Shown: positions 29,293-38,935, counted from the stretch's first letter. The stretch: 64,000 bases of DNA from Candidatus Andersenbacteria bacterium RIFCSPHIGHO2_02_FULL_46_16 (GCA_001817065.1 MHHQ01000025.1:119777-183776); one strand, 5' to 3'. Made by a program: numbers and translations. Notes: generated by a model from the letters alone, not told the origin.

Positions 29293-30618
29293 TTACTTTA
29301 ATACACCCGTCACCCGTCGCCAAAAACTTGAGCTAATTTTTGGATCAATATATTCCTCAAATAACTCCCAGTTAGAAAAAGAAGATTTAAACGCCTGTGC
29401 CGACATCCGTCCGTCTTTAGACGGATTGACCGCTCCTCCGCTTTTCCATACTACTTCATCCAGTGTATCCAGCAGCTGCAAAGTCTCTGCGCTGGCATTA
29501 ATAAAATCAATGGCCAATACTAAGCCCGGTCGGGGAAAAGACATCAGTCCTGGCGATTTAATATCGCCAAAATATTTCAGTGTTGATAAAAACGATGCTC
29601 TGCCGGATTGCGCCACTTTAGTTAGAATTTCTTTAATGGCTGCTTCGCACCGATCTCGTGCTATCACTACCTGATATTGTAAAAATCCTGATCGGCCATA
29701 AACCAGATTCCAATTATTCACCACATCTAGCGGATAAAAGAATTTGTTGAAATGTACACAACGGCTAACTTTATCGCCCATACTTTTCCGATAGAACACT
29801 TCATTAAAAGCGCGCACGCTCCATTTGTTCATCAGGCCTGGTGGACCAGCTAACGGCCACTGGGCTTTAGCCCGGTACCAGCTATGCCACTCCGATAAAT
29901 CCACCGGCTTTACCGAGTGGTTTCCTCGCAGAAACAATCCACGTCCCAATTTTTTCCCCTGCGCTTGGCAATCCAGCCAGGCCACCGTGTAGTCGAAGTT
30001 CTTATCTGACTCCTCTGCCAAAATGAAAAAATCATCTATGCTATTCATCTTAATAACCTCCTCATCAATCAGGGGACTGACTACCTTTACCAACTTAATA
30101 TCTGCCCATAATATCACCCCCGTTAATCCCAGTCCGCCAATCGTCGCCTGGTATAACTCTGTGTTTTCTTCCTGTGAACAAATTAATTCTTCGCCCGTTG
30201 AGCGTAATAATCCCAATCGCGGAACGTGACATCCGAATGTTCCAGCCCAATGATGGTTCTTCCCGTGCACATCATTAGCAATAGCACCGCCCACCGTTAC
30301 ATGCTTAGTTCCCGGTGTGACTGGTAAAAACCATCCGTCGGGCAATGCTAGCTTCAATATGTCCGCCAGCGTAACACCAGCTTCACAAGTTACTGTCCCT
30401 GCCAACACATTCCAGTCCACGAAACGATTGAGCATTTGTACATCCAACAAAGTTCCCTGGTCATTAAGACATACATCTCCCTGGCTGCGCCCAGCCCCGC
30501 GCGGTAAAAAAACTCCTTCGTGCTGCAACAGATTCCTCGCCTCCTCCGGCCAATACACCTGCTTAACCTTTTGCTTAAAAGCTTTAGGATATCTTCCCCA
30601 GGACTGATATTCATTCAT
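29293..30618 (-). CDS. DprE1-like FAD-dependent oxidase (decaprenylphosphoryl-beta-D-ribose 2'-oxidase family)
   Basis: SWGRYP, RGAGRSQGD, TPGTKHVTVGGAIANDVHGKNHHWAGTFG and FLQYQVVI align block by block with M. tuberculosis DprE1. Confidence 0.75.
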   Translation of the reverse strand: MNEYQSWGRYPKAFKQKVKQVYWPEEARNLLQHEGVFLPRGAGRSQGDVCLNDQGTLLDVQMLNRFVDWNVLAGTVTCEAGVTLADILKLALPDGWFLPVTPGTKHVTVGGAIANDVHGKNHHWAGTFGCHVPRLGLLRSTGEELICSQEENTELYQATIGGLGLTGVILWADIKLVKVVSPLIDEEVIKMNSIDDFFILAEESDKNFDYTVAWLDCQAQGKKLGRGLFLRGNHSVKPVDLSEWHSWYRAKAQWPLAGPPGLMNKWSVRAFNEVFYRKSMGDKVSRCVHFNKFFYPLDVVNNWNLVYGRSGFLQYQVVIARDRCEAAIKEILTKVAQSGRASFLSTLKYFGDIKSPGLMSFPRPGLVLAIDFINASAETLQLLDTLDEVVWKSGGAVNPSKDGRMSAQAFKSSFSNWELFEEYIDPKISSSFWRRVTGVLK

Positions 30619-30619
30619 A

Positions 30620-32065
30620 CTATATTGCTAATAAAGCCAGCACTATCGTTAACCCAATTATCCAGTAATAAATAGGGTCTCTTATAATATACATGACTGG
30701 ATCATCACCTATCTTGCCACGATAGGCATTCAACCAGCCCCGGCTTACTCCATATAGCAATAGCAAAGCTACTAACCACCAGTATTCCGAATGCCTATAG
30801 AGTCTGGCGACCTGTGTACTATTTATGTATAAAGCCATCACCAATACCGCCAAAAATCCGCTCATTATGCCCATCTGTCCCACCAATGCCATATCAGCTC
30901 TCGCGTATCCTCGGCCCGACAAATTACCTTTTACCGCTAGTTCCTTCACTCGACTAAGCTCAACATATCGCTTCATCAAAGCTCCACTTAAAGCTAAAAA
31001 TAATATTAAGGCCATTAACCAATCGGATACAGCAATATTGGCCGCCGCGCCTCCCGCCATAATACGCAAACCGTATAAAACGGCCAATATAATTACATCC
31101 AACAAGACAATCTGCTTTGCCCCTAGTGAGTATATTAAATTAAGCAAGAAATAAGTTATCACCATTTTTACAAATAGTCCATCTAGACCCGCCGCAATGA
31201 TTGCTCCAGTTCCTAACAACACTATTACCATTGCTGTGCCTTGCCAAAGCGACAGCTCGCCTGAGGCTAATGGCCGATATCTTTTAGTCGGATGACGCCT
31301 ATCCGCCTCCAGATCCAACATGTCATTGATTAGATAGATGGCTGATGCAATCAAGCAGAACACCACAAACGCCCTGCCCGCTTTCACACCGACTATCCAA
31401 TTCAGCTGATGATCCGCTAGCATAGGAATCAACAGTAATAAATTTTTTACCCACTGGTGGGGACGTATAGCCGCCCACATCGCTTTCAGCGCCGACCTCT
31501 TACTTCGCCACACCTTTCCCACTAACGTTGTCTTCGCGACTATCCGCCTTAGCCGATCGCTGTTCGTTACCGCATGTGCGGTGCCGGCTTTTTCCCACAC
31601 CGCCAGGTCCTTTCGGCTGTTGCCAATATAATCGAAACCTCTTAGCCCGAATTTATTTACCAGCGCTGTTGCTTTATTCCTGCCGGACAGATTGACCCCT
31701 TCTTCCGTCCCCATCACTCCTTCAAATATTTGTAAATGTTCGGCCACTTGCCTAGCTATGCGACTATCGCTAGCTGTCACCAACCATAGCTTTCTGCCAG
31801 CGATTCTTTGCGTCGTCAAGTAATCCAGTACAGCCAAGTGATATGGCAACGTCGCGACATTAATCTGCGCTTGTCCGACCAGCCGTCCTTTAAAATAAGC
31901 TAAGCCTTTTCTCAGCCACCAAGCGCTCTTGAATACCCCACTCGCATCGCGCTTGGCCAGTCTCAGCCACAGCTCGAATAAGGTATCTGTTTTTACTAGC
32001 GTGCCGTCCAGGTCGACGGCAATCGGTCGGCCTTTATTTTCCACCTTCTGCGCATCAAAAACCAT
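30620..32065 (-). CDS. Fusion protein: an N-terminal HAD-family phosphatase domain plus a C-terminal UbiA-family polyprenyl-phosphate phosphoribosyltransferase (Rv3806c-like)
   Basis: HAD motif I VDLDGTLV. UbiA motif INDMLDLEADRRHPTKRYRPLASG followed by about 7 TM helices. The gene is co-operonic with the DprE1/DprE2-like genes. Confidence 0.65.
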   Translation of the reverse strand: MVFDAQKVENKGRPIAVDLDGTLVKTDTLFELWLRLAKRDASGVFKSAWWLRKGLAYFKGRLVGQAQINVATLPYHLAVLDYLTTQRIAGRKLWLVTASDSRIARQVAEHLQIFEGVMGTEEGVNLSGRNKATALVNKFGLRGFDYIGNSRKDLAVWEKAGTAHAVTNSDRLRRIVAKTTLVGKVWRSKRSALKAMWAAIRPHQWVKNLLLLIPMLADHQLNWIVGVKAGRAFVVFCLIASAIYLINDMLDLEADRRHPTKRYRPLASGELSLWQGTAMVIVLLGTGAIIAAGLDGLFVKMVITYFLLNLIYSLGAKQIVLLDVIILAVLYGLRIMAGGAAANIAVSDWLMALILFLALSGALMKRYVELSRVKELAVKGNLSGRGYARADMALVGQMGIMSGFLAVLVMALYINSTQVARLYRHSEYWWLVALLLLYGVSRGWLNAYRGKIGDDPVMYIIRDPIYYWIIGLTIVLALLAI

Positions 32066-32985
32066 ATCAAAGCCACTAATACCAGACCAAACACGCCCAC
32101 TGCTGCCATTCGAATGATTGTTGTTGCTTTAAATTTATACTGTTTTTCTTCATCATTTGTAACTGGTGCCGGTGTGGGCTCAATTTTCACCAAGGCGTTT
32201 TCTGTTCTAGTAAACATGAGTGCTTGGCTAGCTGCTAATGTTCTACCATCAGTACTAACTGCTGCAGCATAAATTTTGTAATCACCTATGTCAAGCGTGT
32301 CACCGCTCACATAAGTAAAGCGCCCTGTTTTGTCTGTCCTGGTCACCCATAACTTTGGCTGATTGCCCATGACCAATAAAGCTATCAAACTATAATTAGG
32401 TCCGGTGCCAGTAATCGTTAACTGTTCATTTTCTCCGCTGTCCCCCAACCTCATACCCGTTATCTGATAACGATTATCATTTGCTTGGGTCGGTTCTGTG
32501 TACTCAATTTTGTCGTTCGGAGATGCCAGCAGCGGATTATAACCTCGCACCACCTCAATACCATCCGCATATGTATCACCATCGGTATCAGGATTACTGG
32601 CATTCGTAATCAACATAATCTCATCACTATCGCTCAAACCGTCCTGATCTCGATCTAGGCTCGCTTCTAGCAGTGGAAAAGGCAAGTCAGCGGTGTTAAC
32701 ACTGGGCAAGGCTGAGACTTGCGGCAACACCGACTCAACCACATTTCTACTCTCCATTAATTGCTGCACTAAGTTAGGATTCCCTGCTCGCTGCGCTTCC
32801 TCTAATGCTCTTTGATAACTCTCCATCAAATCAGCACTCGTCCCCGCTTCTTCGCCCGGTACCGCCACCGTTTGCTGATCAGCCCCAGGCTCAATTGCAT
32901 CATGTACATCAAAATCTTCATTCGCCCATACTGCAAGACCAGCTATTAACCCTCCGCTGATTAGCACTGTTATTAACTTTCTCAT
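31996..32985 (-). CDS. Secreted, C-terminally membrane-anchored protein with Ca-binding Asp-rich repeats (dockerin or thrombospondin-type-3-like) and a Pro/Thr linker
   Basis: Signal peptide MRKLITVLISGGLIAGLAVWA. Repeats DQDGLSDSDEI...DTDGDTYADGIEV. PTPAPVT linker, followed by a TM helix and an RRRWK tail. Confidence 0.5.
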   Translation of the reverse strand: MRKLITVLISGGLIAGLAVWANEDFDVHDAIEPGADQQTVAVPGEEAGTSADLMESYQRALEEAQRAGNPNLVQQLMESRNVVESVLPQVSALPSVNTADLPFPLLEASLDRDQDGLSDSDEIMLITNASNPDTDGDTYADGIEVVRGYNPLLASPNDKIEYTEPTQANDNRYQITGMRLGDSGENEQLTITGTGPNYSLIALLVMGNQPKLWVTRTDKTGRFTYVSGDTLDIGDYKIYAAAVSTDGRTLAASQALMFTRTENALVKIEPTPAPVTNDEEKQYKFKATTIIRMAAVGVFGLVLVALIWFLMRRRWKIKADRLPSTWTAR

Positions 32986-33025
32986 ACTTTCATTATGTCT
33001 CGGAAAAACAATCCCGCCAAATGAC

Positions 33026-35167
33026 TTACTGCGATTGTGTAAATCGATAAGCTATATCATAACCTTCGCGGCGAAATTGACTATTACTCGCCCTCTCTCC
33101 CAATGCCTCGTGGCGCCACGCCATCTGTCCCACCAATATGTCCACTGGCGAGAATAGCACGGTTATTGCATCACCCGGTTTTGCCATCGGACTGGTCAGA
33201 GAAATAAAGTATTCTTCCCCGTCGCTATTATTAAGTGACGCAAAATCAAACCGGTGCCACTCCATGTCCTCAATCTGATCAGCCGCCACTTTCATTGTTC
33301 TAATATCGGTATTGTCATTAATATCCTTCCGGATATGTAGCATAACGTCCTGTGTGTTATTCCGGCCGCTGAAATTTGCTAGGCCAATCTCAATACTTTG
33401 CCAATTGGCTGGTGCCGTGATTAACTGACCCACTTCCATATCACCATAAAGCTCTCCGGTATTATTAGTAAAATATTTAAGCCCGATCACGTTATAAATC
33501 CACACGTATTCTTTCCCGGTTATTCTTATCACATGTTCCGGCACTTTATCCGCCAACTCTTTCAATACATTAGAAGCTAGCTCATCCTCGCCTCTTCCAT
33601 ACATGTTGCGATATGTTACAACATAGCCCACCCGGTCATCATGCCGGGAGCTTAAACTCATCGTTTTTCCTTGGAAATAAGTCCTCATAACTCCCGGATA
33701 CCAAGAAGCAACCGTCAGCCGATTCCCCAACGTCCGTTCGTTTAACCATAACGCTGCCGCATCCAAACCCTCTCCCCATCCTTGCGAACTTAACGCTCTA
33801 ATATCAAACATTGGACTATTGTAAGCAATACTATAGGGTATCCAACCGACCACCTGAATCAGCAACGCTACTACCACCAAACCCATCACCGTTCTTCGCC
33901 ACATAATTTTCTGCCAAGTTGCAATCGTTTTCTTTATAGCCTGATCAGCTACACTAAGCCCCAGGGCAGCCAATACTGGCAACACCACCAATGCCGGCAA
34001 TGCATATCTATCCGCTTTTTTGGCCATCAAGGAAATTACCACAAGGTAACCGATAATATATGCTATCAGCCATCCCAGCACTCGGATAAACACAACACTA
34101 TCAGACCCTTTTACTCCATCATGCCTGCCCAGCCGTCCGACCACATGACGCCAAATTAACTCCTGTCCATAAAACCTGATCCAACCTACTATCATTCCCA
34201 AGCCAATCAACAAAACAAATGGCGATGTTCGCCCTAATACCACGCGGACATAGAAACCCAGTGCCTCAATCGGCTCCTCCGACTGCTCTAGCGTCACGTG
34301 CTCCTGTGTTGCCACCGACACAACATCCCGTGCATAATAATCAGCCAAATTTGTCTTTACCCACAGTGCCGGCCAGACCAAGTAAAAAGTTAGTACGGCG
34401 ATCCCTACGTAGAATAAAAATTGGCGACTGACCGTTTTAATTTGCTCACCTAGTATACGCCAATCAATGTGCCTTATAGCAGGAACAAACCAACCATACT
34501 GTCCTTTTATAATCCCGGCACTGACAAGTAATAACCAAAGACCTGGTAATAATTTAGTCCCCCATGCAAACCCGGTCATTATTCCAGCTATCACTAACCA
34601 GCGCCATTTCAAATTTTCTGTAAAAATCAGTAATCCCAGCATGGCGGATAACATAAATAACGCCAGCAGCATATCGACATGAACTATTTGACTCATACCG
34701 ACTAGATACGGCTCCACGGCCAATAACACGCCCGCCCACGTTCCTACGAAACTGCCCATCAATCTCGTCACTAAATAAGTTATCAGACCAATCAATAAAG
34801 ATACGCCTAAGACCATCGGCCAAGTACTAGCCATGCGAAATGCAGCCAAATTAGACGTATCTACTCCCGTCCCCATTCTCTTTTCTTGCGCGTAAATACC
34901 AGCCCCAGCCAGCCACTGTGTTGTTGCCCCCGGATGAGTCGTGGTAAATGTTCCGCCCGGATCATTTTTTTCCAATAACTTATGATAAAATTCACCGCTC
35001 CTCGTCATCCATAGCTCCTCGTCTACCGTCATAAATGATCCCACGCCATAAAGGCGCAATACCACTGTTAAAAATACTACTCCCCAAACTATCCTGACCG
35101 GCTTTTTTGCGGCCAACTTCTGCTCATTCCCCCGATTACCACTGCTTATCGCACGAATTGTGTTCAT
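33026..35167 (-). CDS. Glycosyltransferase family 39 (PMT/ArnT-like) membrane protein
   Basis: VDEELW...HPGATTQWLAG and AKKADRYALP motifs shared with the paralogs at 18015 and 20744. Confidence 0.7.
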   Translation of the reverse strand: MNTIRAISSGNRGNEQKLAAKKPVRIVWGVVFLTVVLRLYGVGSFMTVDEELWMTRSGEFYHKLLEKNDPGGTFTTTHPGATTQWLAGAGIYAQEKRMGTGVDTSNLAAFRMASTWPMVLGVSLLIGLITYLVTRLMGSFVGTWAGVLLAVEPYLVGMSQIVHVDMLLALFMLSAMLGLLIFTENLKWRWLVIAGIMTGFAWGTKLLPGLWLLLVSAGIIKGQYGWFVPAIRHIDWRILGEQIKTVSRQFLFYVGIAVLTFYLVWPALWVKTNLADYYARDVVSVATQEHVTLEQSEEPIEALGFYVRVVLGRTSPFVLLIGLGMIVGWIRFYGQELIWRHVVGRLGRHDGVKGSDSVVFIRVLGWLIAYIIGYLVVISLMAKKADRYALPALVVLPVLAALGLSVADQAIKKTIATWQKIMWRRTVMGLVVVALLIQVVGWIPYSIAYNSPMFDIRALSSQGWGEGLDAAALWLNERTLGNRLTVASWYPGVMRTYFQGKTMSLSSRHDDRVGYVVTYRNMYGRGEDELASNVLKELADKVPEHVIRITGKEYVWIYNVIGLKYFTNNTGELYGDMEVGQLITAPANWQSIEIGLANFSGRNNTQDVMLHIRKDINDNTDIRTMKVAADQIEDMEWHRFDFASLNNSDGEEYFISLTSPMAKPGDAITVLFSPVDILVGQMAWRHEALGERASNSQFRREGYDIAYRFTQSQ

Positions 35168-35173
35168 CCCTCG

Positions 35174-37849
35174 TTATCTCTTACGCCGGTAGTAAGTCAT
35201 AGTGTTTGATCCGTTCTCTATACCTTTAACGGCCTGCCAATTCCTGGCTAACCCCGCCTCAATTTCCTCATATTCCATCAAAAACGAGAATCCTGTTTGC
35301 TGCTCTAGTAATAACCATTCAGCATCGCGGTATGCTTGCAGCATTTCTTCTACCGTCGGCAAAAATGCATTCAGCCTGGCCGTATCTGTACGCGTAAATC
35401 CGTACGCATACCAACGCGGATGAGCGATATCGAGCGATACCTCATGTCCTGATAAAAATGGTATAGCCGCTGCACCAGTAAATATCGGCTCATCTATTGG
35501 TATATTCTGTTTTGCCCAATTTGCCGCCTCTTGTAGAGATGTCAGCTGGAATGTTCCCGTATGTTCATGCACGTAAGTTACATAATTCGCCACAAATAAT
35601 GACCATCCCAGTACCCCGATAAATCCCAGTGCTAATGTCCTCTGGCTTACTTTATTAACTATTGCACTATGGCTGCCTTGTCCTTGTGTTAATCTTCGCC
35701 ATCCTTCCGGTATTGCTAAACCTGCGATAATCACCAACGGCGGCAGAAACTCGCCGATATAATTAGCATGAAATTTTATCCAGTTATGATAGAAAAAGAC
35801 TAGTCCAACCACCCATACGAATGGCAATAACCAGCCCAGGAGATTCCAGCGTCCCTCTGATTTTAGCTGGTTACCAAGCCTATCGATCTTCCCCGCCGCC
35901 AATCCGTCCGCCAGGGTACCTCGATATTCTAATAATTCTTCCTTGCCCAACCTCTCCGTGTCATCTTTATTATTTCTTATTTTTTCATTTTTATTCTCTC
36001 TAACTCCAGACGGCCAGGCAGCCATAAATACAATTACTAATAACATCGCCCACCATAAGCGATACATGCCGAACACCATTATGCTGCTGCCTTCATACTC
36101 TTGAAAAAACGACCACGCCCAGCTATATACCATTACCGGTATAATCCAGAATAGTTTTTGCACGACGTTCTGTCGCCAGCCTAATCCACCCTGCCACCAT
36201 TCCATTTGACCAACTAGAGAACTTGCCAATCGCTCTCCCGCGAAACCCAAACCTAGCACAGCTAACATGATTAAAGGCAGGGACTCCCGGAAAAATGGCG
36301 TCATTCCTCGTATCGAATAGGCTCGCACTTGTTCCCGTTCGGATTCTTCTACGGCGGTAATACTATCCTCCACTGAATTAAATCCAGTTGCTTCCCATAA
36401 CCCAGCCTGACCATAAATTAACATTGCAACGCCTAAAAAAACTGCTAATACGATCACAAACCCCGCACCGACTAATAATAAACTCTGGATTTTTTGTCGT
36501 CCCGTCTTACTGCCAATCAATATTACCAATAATGGCACTAAACCTGTGGCTAGAATGCTTTTGCGCGATACCACCCCTAATCCCAACAATGCCCCCGCCG
36601 CTATTAACCACGCCTTGCCTGTTACCCTGTATTTTCTTTCCATACTCACCTGGCTCACGTACATATCCCTAGTTCCCAGCAGCAAAGCAGCTATTCCAGA
36701 CACGGCAAAGAAAATCGCTAGCGACTGTGTATGCACGTATATATTAAACACTACCGTTACACCCAGCAGCGCCCAGGTCGTAGCAACCGATAGTCCGACT
36801 TTTTTACTCCATAATTCTCGGCCAATAATATACATCGGCCACATCGTCATTGCGCCAATCACCACCGACGACAAGCGTCCCACAAAAATTGATGTGCCGC
36901 CCAACCATTCCCATAGCGCAATCCACAAAACTACTAACGGTGCTTTAACATACCCATCTCCGCCCGCCAATTTACCTTTAAGCAGCGTAGCCGCATCGTA
37001 TAAATAATTTCCCTCATCATTAGTCAGCGGCAGCTCCATCGCATATAAAATTCTAGCGACTAGTGCCAGCACAAACAATGTCACCAACCATCTCGCCACC
37101 TGCCAACGCGATTTAGCGCTTACCGCTTTACTCTTAATGCCTACGGTCACTGCCAAACAAATCCCCACCAGGAGCAGGGACTGCATAGCCACCCGTCCCC
37201 ACAAACCATAAGTCGCCCTGGCTTCATACCAGGTCTCTCTAAAATACTGCACTGCCCGCCAGCCTTCACTTCCCCATGCCACATACAATGGCACCTTATA
37301 TGCTGTGCCAAAAGCTAGGTCCATTTTCACTTTACCTCCTCTGGCCAGCTCTGTATCAGATATTTCCCCTGTCATTCCCCGCCAAATATAAGCGGAGCCG
37401 CGATGATAAGGATCCCTGTTATCAACGTCCACTGTCACCGCTTTTCCAGGCATCCCGTCTGGTAATTCTAGTAAAACAATAAATGTTATATCCTTGGCTT
37501 GCTCCACCGGATCAAAATTAAACTGGTACATTTGATTATCTCCAAGCTCTCTAGTACTTACCTCCACTTCACGTAAAATTTCTGACAGCTTATCCAACCG
37601 ACGCAAAGTAAACTTTACTTGTCCGGTATTCCCCCGCCCAGAATAAGTAGCGAACATTACCAAGACACTGGATAAATTATCACGCTCGCCCACAAAAGTT
37701 TGCCCCACCACCACTCCACCCAACATTTCCCCCGCATTCGCGGTATATCTCTCCGCCTGATATCCTTCTAATTCCGTAGTACCCAGCCATACCACCATCC
37801 CCAGCACCGCCAGCACACCGATCATCAGGCTGATGAAACCAATTTTCAT
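35174..37849 (-). CDS. Large GT-C-type membrane glycosyltransferase (ArnT-like) with an N-terminal extracytoplasmic domain
   Basis: The ORF is 891 aa. A NDEGNY motif precedes a multi-TM core. Confidence 0.5.
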   Translation of the reverse strand: MKIGFISLMIGVLAVLGMVVWLGTTELEGYQAERYTANAGEMLGGVVVGQTFVGERDNLSSVLVMFATYSGRGNTGQVKFTLRRLDKLSEILREVEVSTRELGDNQMYQFNFDPVEQAKDITFIVLLELPDGMPGKAVTVDVDNRDPYHRGSAYIWRGMTGEISDTELARGGKVKMDLAFGTAYKVPLYVAWGSEGWRAVQYFRETWYEARATYGLWGRVAMQSLLLVGICLAVTVGIKSKAVSAKSRWQVARWLVTLFVLALVARILYAMELPLTNDEGNYLYDAATLLKGKLAGGDGYVKAPLVVLWIALWEWLGGTSIFVGRLSSVVIGAMTMWPMYIIGRELWSKKVGLSVATTWALLGVTVVFNIYVHTQSLAIFFAVSGIAALLLGTRDMYVSQVSMERKYRVTGKAWLIAAGALLGLGVVSRKSILATGLVPLLVILIGSKTGRQKIQSLLLVGAGFVIVLAVFLGVAMLIYGQAGLWEATGFNSVEDSITAVEESEREQVRAYSIRGMTPFFRESLPLIMLAVLGLGFAGERLASSLVGQMEWWQGGLGWRQNVVQKLFWIIPVMVYSWAWSFFQEYEGSSIMVFGMYRLWWAMLLVIVFMAAWPSGVRENKNEKIRNNKDDTERLGKEELLEYRGTLADGLAAGKIDRLGNQLKSEGRWNLLGWLLPFVWVVGLVFFYHNWIKFHANYIGEFLPPLVIIAGLAIPEGWRRLTQGQGSHSAIVNKVSQRTLALGFIGVLGWSLFVANYVTYVHEHTGTFQLTSLQEAANWAKQNIPIDEPIFTGAAAIPFLSGHEVSLDIAHPRWYAYGFTRTDTARLNAFLPTVEEMLQAYRDAEWLLLEQQTGFSFLMEYEEIEAGLARNWQAVKGIENGSNTMTYYRRKR

Positions 37850-37893
37850 AATAATTATTATACTATGTTCTGCCCCCAGTAGACTCTTTCATT

Positions 37894-38880
37894 CTACCAA
37901 TATTCGTTCTTATTCTGCCGATAAAAAGCTACTGTTCGTCTTAACCCTTCTTCCAGAGATACCCCCGGTTCCCAATGAGTCACCTGTTTGATTTTAGCAG
38001 TATCGGCCACATAATCACCCGTTTCATTTTTTTCATAATCCTCCGGCCATGGCACAGACTCTTTTTCTCCCTGACCCACCGCCTCAATTACCGCATCTAC
38101 CATCTCCGTAAAAGTAATTCCCCGACCGCTGCCGATGTTATATGCCTCACCATCTTGGCCTGCTACTATTAGTCGCATCATCGCCTCAACAATATCATCA
38201 ATATAAATGTAATCTCTTAGCTGATTGCCATCACCGTAAATCTGAATCTTCTTTCCTTCCATCGCTTGCCGGATGAACCATCCGACAATCGCATATTTGC
38301 TGTGTTTCATTTGCTGTCTCGGTCCGTATGGATTAGGTATCCGCAGCGACATGCCATGCACCCCGAAGTTATGCGCGTAATAAGCGTAATATTTTTCCCC
38401 TAATAATTTGTGAATTCCATACAACGACAATGGTTGCGTCTCATGACTTTCTTTAACCGGCACTTCCTTAATTTTTCCGTATACCATGCGCGATGAAGAA
38501 AATAAGATTCGCGCTCCAGGGGCTTGCTCTTTGACTGCCTCCAGTACAATCAAATTTCCCCGCCCATTAAAGTCCAAATCAACAAAAGGTTTTTCCTTGG
38601 CATCTAAATAACCCACCTGACCTGCTAAATGAAAAATAAAGTCCTTTCCTCGCACTGTTTCAGTCACTGTCTCCTCGTCCGTAATATTGCCGTTCACTAA
38701 TTCAACCCGATCTTCGATCTCTTTGATATTAAATTTATTGCCTCCGTAGGGTGTCAGTAATGCATCTAATATACTCACCCGCGCTCCTACCTCCACCAGC
38801 CGATGTGTTAATGTACTGCCTATAAACCCCAAGCCGCCCGTGACAAGAACTTTCTTACCACCAAAATCTCTTTTAAACAT
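37894..38880 (-). CDS. NAD-dependent epimerase/dehydratase (GalE/UXS-like SDR)
   Basis: VLVTGGLGFIGSTL, the SSSRMVYG...YGIHK catalytic region, and NPYGPRQ. Confidence 0.7.
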   Translation of the reverse strand: MFKRDFGGKKVLVTGGLGFIGSTLTHRLVEVGARVSILDALLTPYGGNKFNIKEIEDRVELVNGNITDEETVTETVRGKDFIFHLAGQVGYLDAKEKPFVDLDFNGRGNLIVLEAVKEQAPGARILFSSSRMVYGKIKEVPVKESHETQPLSLYGIHKLLGEKYYAYYAHNFGVHGMSLRIPNPYGPRQQMKHSKYAIVGWFIRQAMEGKKIQIYGDGNQLRDYIYIDDIVEAMMRLIVAGQDGEAYNIGSGRGITFTEMVDAVIEAVGQGEKESVPWPEDYEKNETGDYVADTAKIKQVTHWEPGVSLEEGLRRTVAFYRQNKNEYW

Positions 38881-38935
38881 GCTCTAAGAGTAAAACTTCG
38901 CCCCTGCTTTTACAATCAGAGGTGTTGCTAAATTT

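Noticed and set aside
30620-32985. Possibility that the 70-nt overlap between 31996..32985 and 30620..32065 indicates a frameshifted single gene or pseudogene
   Set aside because: Both ORFs have coherent, independent domain structures. The upstream one runs from signal peptide to TM anchor, and the downstream one starts with HAD motif I. The overlap is more likely a start-codon choice issue or genuine overlap.
37894-38880. Whether this SDR is the missing dTDP-glucose 4,6-dehydratase RmlB
   Set aside because: It lacks the RmlB-typical HLAAESHVDRS and TDEVYG blocks and looks like GalE/UXS. It is left as a generic epimerase/dehydratase, and rmlB may lie outside the window.
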